From a virus, in the IMG/VR virus record IMGVR_UViG_3300028840_004786: 64,000 nt of DNA; one strand, 5' to 3'. Made by a program: the position numbers and the translations under genes. Positions 46,337-54,178 of this stretch are shown here, piece after piece. The notes beneath the pieces were generated by a model, which worked only from the letters and a program-made list of their open reading frames with translations, had not been told where the DNA came from and did no database searches. How positions within the stretch are numbered: the first letter of the stretch is position 1; each line of letters starts with the position of its first letter.

Positions 46337-46765
46337 TTACTTCTTACGACGCGTAATTTTGCGTTTGGGCTTTTTGTCTTTAGTTTTTCCGGGAGGTTCC
46401 AAATCATCGATATTACTTTTTAGCTCTTCCTTTTTTCTCGCAAGCTCTTGTGCCTCCGTTGCAGGCAGGTCAATTCTCTTGCGTGTTTTCACCTTTGGTG
46501 TATGAAGATCGCCTTCTTCTTCGACTGATGGACGCCCGGAGGGCAAAGTGTCATCATCGACTTTTTCAAATCCACCATGGGGAAGCCGTCCAGTCATTTC
46601 AAGTGTCATCATTTCTGAATATGTTGGATAGCCCTTCCCAGCAAGTAATTTGATCAAATCCTCATCATCAGTCTCGAATTCACCGTTCCTGTCAAACTCA
46701 ACAAGAGAAGTGTTTTTCGACGGATCCCATATGATTCTGGGTAGCAGACCTTGATAGAATTTCAT
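46337..46765 (-). CDS. hypothetical head-module protein with basic C-terminus
   Basis: 142-aa ORF with AGGAGG upstream. Confidence 0.5.
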   Translation of the reverse strand: MKFYQGLLPRIIWDPSKNTSLVEFDRNGEFETDDEDLIKLLAGKGYPTYSEMMTLEMTGRLPHGGFEKVDDDTLPSGRPSVEEEGDLHTPKVKTRKRIDLPATEAQELARKKEELKSNIDDLEPPGKTKDKKPKRKITRRKK

Positions 46766-46791
46766 AAAAGCCTCCTTTTACTTTACTTCAA

Positions 46792-46971
46792 TTAAGAAGT
46801 GGTTGTTGTCGTCGTTGTAGTGGTTGTGGTTGTAGTGGTGCTGGTTGTTCCCCAAAGAACATTTCCAGCACCCTTCGAGTTAAGTAAACCAATGAACCAC
46901 CGCATCTCCGGATGGACGCCCGGATTGTTAGCAAGACGACGTCGTCTAATTGCGGTTGATTTTTTCGCCAT
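46792..46971 (-). CDS. 59-aa protein: 41-aa basic head plus 18-residue poly-Thr tail (possible capsid decoration/cement protein)
   Basis: Not in the ORF track (under 60 aa). AAGGAG 8 nt upstream of ATG 46971. Sequence MAKKSTAIRRRRLANNPGVHPEMRWFIGLLNSKGAGNVLWGTTSTTTTTTTTTTTTTTS. Immediately downstream of the MCP gene. Confidence 0.65.
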   Translation of the reverse strand: MAKKSTAIRRRRLANNPGVHPEMRWFIGLLNSKGAGNVLWGTTSTTTTTTTTTTTTTTS

Positions 46972-47025
46972 GAGTTATCTCCTTATCTCCCAATCGAAAT
47001 TACTACTTAAAAGCCGTCCGACCGA

Positions 47026-47988
47026 TTAGGAAGTAGCGAGGTTCGTAATCTTTCCGTGCATTTCTTCCGGACCATAGTCAATGCCTATATGACCATAGAT
47101 TTGACCCTTTTCACTTGCACCAGTCTTACTCAGTTCTTCGTAAAAAAGAACTCCTTTCTCAGGAACGGGAAGGAATACTGGTGAACAGAATGCAAGGTCG
47201 GCAACCAATAGCGTTGCCGCCGGAACATTGGGTGCCCAAACAATGCCGAGTTCGGCGAAGTCAGTCTCAATCATCTTGATATTTGTTCCACCGATGTTTC
47301 TATCCTCGGGGGCATATCCATAGACATTTGAAAACTGTTGTTTCTGGAAGGCACCGCAAAATACTACAGGCTGCAAGAACTCTGCTCCTGCATCCGCCAT
47401 GGTTCTCAGCAATTGATCAATCAAAGCTTTACTCAAAGCTGCACTTGAAGCATCCACGGCATTTGTGGAGCAACCAGTAATAACGCCTCTTGTCTTCGCT
47501 GCAACGGCAGCTGAAGTTGCCTGTTGATAGGCGCCATTAAGGAAGGTGTAGTCAATGTCAACAGCCAACTGACGCATATGGGCATTAATCTGAAAATCAC
47601 GCTCATTGGTAACGGGCTGACCATCTGTAACATCAATCAAACCAGTTGTCGCGTCGGCCACGACCTGACCAATAACGGACTGCTTTGCATAACTCACGGA
47701 TACTTGTCGCTGCCAGATTTGACAAGTATTAACATCCTGCCCACGGACATAAGTCCAAGGTGTGGGGGCAGTCAAAGAAGCAGTCTCTGTGATTGCCGGT
47801 TGGGAAGCACTTTCAAGCGCCCAAGGCTGGGCCAAGGGAAACTGAAAGTCGGCGACTGTCCGGACTCCGGTACCTTGGAGCCCACCAATCATGTTAAGGA
47901 ACGGTGTTCTGTTTGCACCGATCAAGTAAAGTTCACCCGTATAGTTCGGGCAGTTCCAAACAGTTGCAGCAGCGTTTACATTCGCCAT
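47026..47988 (-). CDS. major capsid protein
   Basis: 320-aa ORF directly after the scaffold gene. Composition and length are typical of HK97-fold MCPs, and the N-terminal region resembles N4/SU10-type MCPs from memory. Confidence 0.8.
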   Translation of the reverse strand: MANVNAAATVWNCPNYTGELYLIGANRTPFLNMIGGLQGTGVRTVADFQFPLAQPWALESASQPAITETASLTAPTPWTYVRGQDVNTCQIWQRQVSVSYAKQSVIGQVVADATTGLIDVTDGQPVTNERDFQINAHMRQLAVDIDYTFLNGAYQQATSAAVAAKTRGVITGCSTNAVDASSAALSKALIDQLLRTMADAGAEFLQPVVFCGAFQKQQFSNVYGYAPEDRNIGGTNIKMIETDFAELGIVWAPNVPAATLLVADLAFCSPVFLPVPEKGVLFYEELSKTGASEKGQIYGHIGIDYGPEEMHGKITNLATS

Positions 47989-48024
47989 TTTAAACTCTCC
48001 TTGAAAAGTTTTTTAATTGAGTAA

Positions 48025-48915
48025 TCAGGCTGCCTGTTGCTTTCTCTTCAAATCCCAAATTTTGTTCTTTAGAGAGATTGCAAGTGTTGTCTTCTTGGCA
48101 GCCACAGCTTCCTGGTACTGCTTCTGGAGAGTTGCAATATCGGACGTATCTTCTTTCTCACGACCACCGCCTTGCCCACCTTGTGCTCCCGAACCGCCTC
48201 TGTCGCCACGAATGTAGTTATCCTTTTGTGGATACTGTTCCCACAGTGAAGCCATACCTTCATGGAAATCGGCAGGCTCCCCCGGACGTGCAGCACTATA
48301 TATTAACTCACCATTGTCATAGTAGACTCTGGTTAAAAGTTTGTCGGGATCGGTTGGGCTTTCTTCAACTTTAAAATTCTTCCCGAAGATGGCTTCCGCT
48401 GCGTCGGGTGTCATAGTTGTTTTTCGATTTTCTCCAGTAAAGAGCGGTGATTTTGAAAATTCAGACAGAATCGTCAGCTTGAAAATTTGAGAATCTTTTC
48501 TTGCCACTGTTGACTTGTAATCCTCAATTGTTTTTTGAACAGAAGCTTTTACTTCATCAATCTCGGTTTTATGCGCTTCGTTCATCTGACGTTTCATTGA
48601 CTCCACCTTTTCAGCTTTGAGCCAATCCTTTTCGTTAAAGTTTGACACAGTCTCCAAAGCCTTAACAGCTTCCGCTTTCCAGGCTTCAATATCTTCAATA
48701 TCATCGAAGATGGAGAACTTCGTCTTCAACTTTTCGTTTGACTCACGATGACCTTTGTTCTCTTTGCCGAGATCAATTATTTTCTGGTACATTGATGGAA
48801 CGTCGACAGGAACTTCACTGTTTTTGTCATCGATGAAAATAGGCTTTCCGTCTTCCGACACCTTTGGGGTCTTACCATCCTCTTCCAAAGCAAGTTTCAC
48901 AAACATGGTTTCCAC
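48025..48915 (-). CDS. scaffolding protein
   Basis: 296 aa, highly charged and helical, immediately upstream of the MCP gene. Confidence 0.7.
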   Translation of the reverse strand: METMFVKLALEEDGKTPKVSEDGKPIFIDDKNSEVPVDVPSMYQKIIDLGKENKGHRESNEKLKTKFSIFDDIEDIEAWKAEAVKALETVSNFNEKDWLKAEKVESMKRQMNEAHKTEIDEVKASVQKTIEDYKSTVARKDSQIFKLTILSEFSKSPLFTGENRKTTMTPDAAEAIFGKNFKVEESPTDPDKLLTRVYYDNGELIYSAARPGEPADFHEGMASLWEQYPQKDNYIRGDRGGSGAQGGQGGGREKEDTSDIATLQKQYQEAVAAKKTTLAISLKNKIWDLKRKQQAA

Positions 48916-49123
48916 CTTTCTGTCCCGTCCGGGACATATTAAACATTAATAATAATAATAAATTACAATTAATTTTAACTTCACAAACAACTTTCCACAA
49001 GAAATAAATTCTTTGCTTTCCTTTTTCTCCAAAAATCACCTCCTTTTTAATTTAATACATCATTAAAAGTAATTTGTGGACCTGAATCGAAGGTAACAAT
49101 CCACATCTTGCTCGTTAATGGAA

Positions 49124-49148
49124 ATACTTCATGAGCTAAATGAAGTAT
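49124..49148 (-). terminator. 9-bp hairpin after gene 49187-49477 (weak terminator or RNA processing site)
   Basis: ATACTTCAT, a 7-nt loop, then ATGAAGTAT. No strong U-run follows. Confidence 0.25.
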
Positions 49149-49186
49149 AGTATATTGAAAGTAATCCGTATAGTTAATAATGAATA

Positions 49187-49477
49187 TCACTCGTTAAAAT
49201 CAACCCCTATTCTGCTTGACAATTCAGTTATGGATATTTCAAAATAAGTTAACTCATCAACAGGCCGAGCATAATCTTTTCTATAATCATCGATAAGTTG
49301 TGATTCCGGAATATAAAACTCTCGCTTCCTGTTGAAATACTTCTCAAGCTTATTAACCAACTTCATATCATCAGATAATACAGCAAAGCTGACAGGTTTC
49401 GCATCAGGATTATCATCATAAATAAGACTTCCTTTTGCTCCAGTCTCTTCATCTTCTAATTTATATTCAATTGTCAT
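49187..49477 (-). CDS. hypothetical protein
   Basis: 96-aa acidic ORF directly after the MuF-like gene. Confidence 0.5.
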   Translation of the reverse strand: MTIEYKLEDEETGAKGSLIYDDNPDAKPVSFAVLSDDMKLVNKLEKYFNRKREFYIPESQLIDDYRKDYARPVDELTYFEISITELSSRIGVDFNE

Positions 49478-49478
49478 T

Positions 49479-51863
49479 TTAAATCTTCTCCACGAATGAT
49501 TGAATTTGCGATTCCATTTTATTTATCTCTTTAATATTCGAAAGAGTATATTCCTTTTGTTTATGAACAAATCCATAATTATACTTTGAACGACCGGACA
49601 TTTTATTAATTCTTTCGAAGAAGCCTTCCATCCACCCAGCATACTCTGGATAAAATTTCTTTTGCTTCTTCCACTTGCCATAATTAAAAGCCCAATCCCA
49701 TTTTGCTTGCTCATAACTTTTACCTGCTGGAAACAAGCCTCTAAGCTCTTCTCTTCTTATTTTAATAAGCGAAAGAGTATGCCTATACTGTGAATCGCTG
49801 GGTTTAAATTCTTTCAATGCATCTGTACTAAGCTTTAAACCTTTTTTAATGTTTTCAATTTGATTGTCAAATCTATTACTCATATAATTTCTAAATGCGT
49901 TGTGATATCTTTCACAAGCCATAGAAAAGAACTGCGGATGTTTGCCTTGTCCTTTATATATCCGGGCTTCATAGTTATTAATAAACTTTCCAACCCAATA
50001 TTTTCCATCCCCATTTCCATAATCTTTTGTCACTTTACTTGGAAGTAATTGTTTTTGGAACCATCCATTATACTGATCAGCTTCTTTCGCTGTCGCGTAA
50101 ATCGTGTTAGACCAACGACCTGCAAATCCACCAAACCCTCTTGCATTCGAAGACAAGAACCAGTCAATTGCATGCCCCATCTCGTGTGCAACTGTTGCAG
50201 GTATATCTGGTGCCTTTCCAAAAATATTTATTTCTCCTTCAGCTCGACTTATAAAGTGTGCCCTTCCTGTGCTATTAGTATAATTAATATACAATCCTCT
50301 TCGTTCCATATCAGCAAGAAGACGATATGGAATATGTTCCGTTCCAAGTTCAATATATTTTATTGCTTGTCTACGAACACTGCTTGGATAACTGCTATCC
50401 ATTCTAAGCAAACTTTCGACAATTTTTTTTCTTTCTTTCTGCAATTCCTTACCAGATAGCGTATTGACCCAATCAACTTTAGCATCAAATACTTCGTCGC
50501 CGAGTTTTTCAATTTCATCAAAGCTTATCCCCTTCTTCCACCACAAGCTTGATGTTTCCTTATATTTAGCCTCAAGAGCCAAGTACTTTTCTTTCAACTC
50601 CTCCGGTGAACCCTTTGATGGTGTCGGTTTTACTACCTCCTTTGGTTTTACTGGTTCAACAACCGAACCACCTTCTAAGTCAGGTTCAGGTTTTGGTTTT
50701 ACTACTGGTTTGGGTTCGGGTTTTGGTTTTACTACTGGTTTTATTACTTTTTCACCCTTTTTAAGAAATGCAGGTGATACATCTATCCCCTCCGATTGCC
50801 AAGCTTGCACAAATGCATTTCTTTCAGCGTCATTTAACTCTCCCCACCAAAACTTAACTCGGGCTGAGTTTGCTTCAAAAGTATATCCGCCCATCATTTT
50901 TGTTCTCATTCTGGATAATTTACTTCTATCTGACTTAGAGAACTCATTCCATCCCCTGCCACCTTCCGGTTTGACAAATCCTTTCGGTGCTTCAATAGCT
51001 TCAACATAGGCAACTGGCTCCCCATATCTCTGGCGAAGATCATCTATCCATTCTTTCTTTACTGCTTTCCAATGATGTCTACAATTCCAACCTCCACGAT
51101 AAGTCAGAGCAGGTCCACGCTTTCCTTGCCAGTTATGTGTCCACGAATTGATTTGCGTTACAGTATAAACTTTCATGGCTCTCTTCGTGCAGAAATCACG
51201 AGTTGTAGCTATAATATCTCCAACGTATAGCATATGTCGAAGACCAGCTTCTCTTCCTTTTTCCACATGAACAGAATTATAATAATTCATTATTCCATCA
51301 TTCGCATATAGCTCAGCGTATTTAGAAAGTGGCTGTCCACGCGCATCTTTATGCCCAGTCAATGCTCCACGGATTTCTTTAACAAGATCATCAAACATCG
51401 CGCCTGAAGAAACAAGATTATACATTGCTTGAGAGATCCTTGTCTGCGCCTGAACCCCGATATTAGTAAATTCAAGCAAATTTTGCTTCGCGAGTTGATT
51501 CATCATTGTTTTATCAACATCAGTAAATTTTGCTATAACGTCCAGCTCTTTAAAGTTATCATCTATCCATCCAGATATTTCACTGTAGCCTTCAACACTG
51601 GAACGGACAGTCTTTCCATACTCTTCTTCAAAAAGTTTAACTAATCTTTTTTGAAGATGTTGAGCCTTTTTTAGATTTACTTTCGGGCCGAGTAGATTTC
51701 CAAGGTCGCTTGTGCTAAGTTGAGAAAATTCTGAAACAATTTTTTTCTCTAAATTTGTTATTGATTTTCTTAGCCTCCGTTGATCCATACCTATTTTATT
51801 TTCAAGCGCCTCATTAGTCTCCTGAGCCTGTTCTAAGACTAATTTAACATAGTCTTTAGCCAT
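49479..51863 (-). CDS. MuF/SPP1 gp7-like minor head protein fused to a C-terminal HExxH metalloprotease-like domain
   Basis: The N-terminal half has the RGGWNCRHHW motif (gp7/MuF-type ..NCRC). Linker KPVVKPKPEPKPVVKPKPEP. The C-terminal half has VAHEMGHAIDW. Confidence 0.65.
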   Translation of the reverse strand: MAKDYVKLVLEQAQETNEALENKIGMDQRRLRKSITNLEKKIVSEFSQLSTSDLGNLLGPKVNLKKAQHLQKRLVKLFEEEYGKTVRSSVEGYSEISGWIDDNFKELDVIAKFTDVDKTMMNQLAKQNLLEFTNIGVQAQTRISQAMYNLVSSGAMFDDLVKEIRGALTGHKDARGQPLSKYAELYANDGIMNYYNSVHVEKGREAGLRHMLYVGDIIATTRDFCTKRAMKVYTVTQINSWTHNWQGKRGPALTYRGGWNCRHHWKAVKKEWIDDLRQRYGEPVAYVEAIEAPKGFVKPEGGRGWNEFSKSDRSKLSRMRTKMMGGYTFEANSARVKFWWGELNDAERNAFVQAWQSEGIDVSPAFLKKGEKVIKPVVKPKPEPKPVVKPKPEPDLEGGSVVEPVKPKEVVKPTPSKGSPEELKEKYLALEAKYKETSSLWWKKGISFDEIEKLGDEVFDAKVDWVNTLSGKELQKERKKIVESLLRMDSSYPSSVRRQAIKYIELGTEHIPYRLLADMERRGLYINYTNSTGRAHFISRAEGEINIFGKAPDIPATVAHEMGHAIDWFLSSNARGFGGFAGRWSNTIYATAKEADQYNGWFQKQLLPSKVTKDYGNGDGKYWVGKFINNYEARIYKGQGKHPQFFSMACERYHNAFRNYMSNRFDNQIENIKKGLKLSTDALKEFKPSDSQYRHTLSLIKIRREELRGLFPAGKSYEQAKWDWAFNYGKWKKQKKFYPEYAGWMEGFFERINKMSGRSKYNYGFVHKQKEYTLSNIKEINKMESQIQSFVEKI

Positions 51864-51865
51864 AA

Positions 51866-52489
51866 TTATTCCTTAAGAAAAAAGCGAGTAAGAGTATTTA
51901 ATTTTAAACGTTCATCTTCATACAATAACTTCACAGGAGAAATTTGAAGAATCGTTTTTTGAACCCATTTATCTTTAATTGCCCTGTCCCAGTCGTGGAC
52001 AGCCACTACGTCATTCTTCTTTAAATAAGGGCCGAAAGTTTTAAACTCCCATGGCTTGTCTATACAATCACAAAATAGAACTGATCTTCCAGGCTGTTTA
52101 ATGAGTTCAATAACTTTATTTGTCATTTTCTCATTGTATAGATTTCCAGTATTCATTTTCTTTGCTAATTGAATCAATCGCATTACTGGCTTAGACCGAT
52201 ATCTCCTCTTCGGCCTAAAATCAAACCCATGATAATCGGCTTCAATATTATAACACCAAAGAGCAAAGAAAACACTGGTTCCACCAAAGTCACAGCCTAA
52301 TTCCAAGAACCGTTTTATATCACCATTCGACTGGAAAAACTTCTCCCATATAAAAAAAGCAGTAAAAGACTGATCGCATTGCGTTCCAAGGAAAGTGCAA
52401 TTTGGATTATTAATAAATTCATTAAGACCAGTATTTTTAGAATAATCTATCTTAAAGCCACTCAGTTTAAGAACTTTCCTTCGATTCAT
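51866..52489 (-). CDS. possible class I methyltransferase-like protein (CmcI-like)
   Basis: FLELGCDFGGTSVFFA resembles SAM-binding motif I. 207 aa. Confidence 0.35.
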   Translation of the reverse strand: MNRRKVLKLSGFKIDYSKNTGLNEFINNPNCTFLGTQCDQSFTAFFIWEKFFQSNGDIKRFLELGCDFGGTSVFFALWCYNIEADYHGFDFRPKRRYRSKPVMRLIQLAKKMNTGNLYNEKMTNKVIELIKQPGRSVLFCDCIDKPWEFKTFGPYLKKNDVVAVHDWDRAIKDKWVQKTILQISPVKLLYEDERLKLNTLTRFFLKE

Positions 52490-52685
52490 CTATCTCTCCA
52501 ACGTCAATTACTTTTACTTTTCCCATACGAATAATAAACGCGCAATTCGCATTTCCACACTCAAATTCAAGTATGTTATTCCAAGAACCAATCCTGTCAA
52601 CATGGATATACCAAACTTGACACCCACATTCAGGGCAAGCCGCAACTACTTGCAACGAATTACTTATGTTTATTACTTCGCCCAT
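52467..52685 (-). CDS. zinc-ribbon protein
   Basis: CPECGC...CGNANC motifs. 72 aa. Confidence 0.45.
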   Translation of the reverse strand: MGEVINISNSLQVVAACPECGCQVWYIHVDRIGSWNNILEFECGNANCAFIIRMGKVKVIDVGEIDESKESS

Positions 52686-53287
52686 TATGTTGTCGTTGTA
52701 GTACTGGTTGTCGTTGTGGTAGTTGTCGTTGTGGTAGAAACAGGAAGTTGCATTAAAGATAGCTCATTGATAAAGAACTCGTGGTTCTCGTTTCCACCTA
52801 TATCTGGATGGGCTACACGAAGGCGAACATTATCCGTTCCACTTGCCCACCAATCACCGTCGCCAGCCAATTCCACGTCTATTATTTCATCAGCACTTTG
52901 CTGCTGTGATAAAGCGCCACCCGATACGGCAACCCAATCAGTTAAGTTATAATCGTATGCCTCTATCCTTGGGGCATTAGGAGTCCCATGGTTTCCAGTA
53001 TAATAACCAACAAATCGTGCCCGAAGACGATTGCCCTTAGGAACGGGCTTGAAATCAAAAGTAATAACTGCTGCACCAACATCAGTGACTTCATTAACGT
53101 GAAGACTCCACTTGTCTGTAAACCAAGTATACTTTTCCCCTTCACGTTCGGACGAGTTATTATCAGTTCCAGGATCTACTACTACCTGCCAAGCATATCT
53201 CCAGGAACCTTCCCTATTACCGAGAAGTCTTTGCTTCTGCCCATGCGCAGGTCTTTTTGGATATCTTATTTCAGGTTTCTTTGCCAT
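52685..53287 (-). CDS. head-module protein (beta-rich) with C-terminal poly-Thr tail
   Basis: 200 aa, located between the portal and MuF genes. Ends VSTTTTTTTTTTSTTTTT. Confidence 0.5.
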   Translation of the reverse strand: MAKKPEIRYPKRPAHGQKQRLLGNREGSWRYAWQVVVDPGTDNNSSEREGEKYTWFTDKWSLHVNEVTDVGAAVITFDFKPVPKGNRLRARFVGYYTGNHGTPNAPRIEAYDYNLTDWVAVSGGALSQQQSADEIIDVELAGDGDWWASGTDNVRLRVAHPDIGGNENHEFFINELSLMQLPVSTTTTTTTTTTSTTTTT

Positions 53288-53510
53288 CTTTAACCTTCCT
53301 TCCAGGTCGCTTTATATGCCTTCCGTTTTCAAGCCGTAATAAACCATCAAGGCACGTTTCGCTTATTACTTTACCAACATTTTCAATATCCTCCGAAACA
53401 TATGGAATACGAGTCAAAGTAATTCCAGCCAAAGCACATTGATAGAGTATTCCCTTAATTACTTCATAATCTTCAAAAGATATTGAAAAGCGGTAGTAAT
53501 CACAATTCAT
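53271..53510 (-). CDS. hypothetical protein
   Basis: 79-aa ORF. Confidence 0.45.
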   Translation of the reverse strand: MNCDYYRFSISFEDYEVIKGILYQCALAGITLTRIPYVSEDIENVGKVISETCLDGLLRLENGRHIKRPGRKVKDGKET

Positions 53511-53713
53511 TTCTTTTTTGGAAAGTTGCCTAAAGAGCCACCTCGGCTTGGTCCATCTTTAAACAAATTATGCTCTTTAAAAGGTTTCTTTCCGATATGT
53601 GGAATTTTAAGATCGCCCGAACCGACTGTCGGTATTACTACCGGTGGTTGGTTAATTTTTCTTTTTTCGCTTTCCTTTGTTGCTGGTTGATTTATTTGTT
53701 TTTTCTCTTCCAT
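53507..53713 (-). CDS. hypothetical protein
   Basis: Start moved to MEEKKQ (GGAGGTG upstream). Overlaps the 3' end of 53652-53849. Confidence 0.4.
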   Translation of the reverse strand: MEEKKQINQPATKESEKRKINQPPVVIPTVGSGDLKIPHIGKKPFKEHNLFKDGPSRGGSLGNFPKKK

Positions 53714-53849
53714 TTGCTTCACCTCCAAATATAACTTTGCAATGCTCACACGAGAAGAAAGTATAAGCTACCCTTCCCCGCATTCTTTGTCCAAGTTTTC
53801 CACAGAATGGACAGATGAGATTTTTATTTGATATCTTCGAACCACTCAT
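53652..53849 (-). CDS. zinc-ribbon protein
   Basis: CPFCGK...CEHCK motifs. 65 aa. Confidence 0.4.
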   Translation of the reverse strand: MSGSKISNKNLICPFCGKLGQRMRGRVAYTFFSCEHCKVIFGGEANGREKTNKSTSNKGKRKKKN

Positions 53850-54036
53850 CTATATCACTATCCAATGGATCAATATGATAAGTAAAATCACCCGAAGTAT
53901 CATTCGTCAATCCAACAGTACAGTGGTAGTGCCCACTTTCAAAATGCTCAATTCTCATAGGTGCTTCATCAAACACTGTTCCGGCTGGAATAACAATATC
54001 CTTTAACAAACGTTTTTTTAAAACTTGCTTTGCCAT
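53824..54036 (-). CDS. hypothetical protein
   Basis: 70-aa ORF with AAGGAGAAAG upstream. Confidence 0.5.
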   Translation of the reverse strand: MAKQVLKKRLLKDIVIPAGTVFDEAPMRIEHFESGHYHCTVGLTNDTSGDFTYHIDPLDSDIDEWFEDIK

Positions 54037-54178
54037 TTTACTTTCTCCTTTTCTTCTTCTTCTTTTTCTTTTTCTTCTTACATGCCACTGATATCACCTC
54101 CTACTCTTTTTCTTTGGTTTCCTTCCAGTCATGTAAGATTGCTTGGTTGACCATTGACAAAGTTTAATCGCATTCTTT

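Noticed and set aside
48950-49060. A 28-aa TTG-start mini-ORF after an AGGAGG in the scaffold upstream region
   Set aside because: It is very short, ends in YYYY from an ATA repeat, and has no supporting context. The AGGAGG may be fortuitous.
21404-53287. The GT-rich tracts interpreted as a CRISPR array, microsatellite or slippage-type phase-variation sites
   Set aside because: There is no repeat-spacer periodicity. Each tract is in frame at the 3' end of a separate gene, and codon choice is irregular among ACA/ACC/ACG/ACT, so strand slippage is unlikely.
21401-53287. Poly-Thr tails as artefacts of stop-codon reassignment or read-through
   Set aside because: The tails lie upstream of the first in-frame standard stop. 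Genes are tightly packed with ATGA/TAATG overlaps using TGA, TAA and TAG as stops, and the next gene's SD follows each tail. Standard code 11 therefore fits.
54037-54178. A purine-rich (AAG)n tract and 12-17-aa mini-ORFs between the portal gene and 53824-54036
   Set aside because: The ORFs are too short and lack SDs. The tract most likely just forms the extended SD/leader of the downstream gene.
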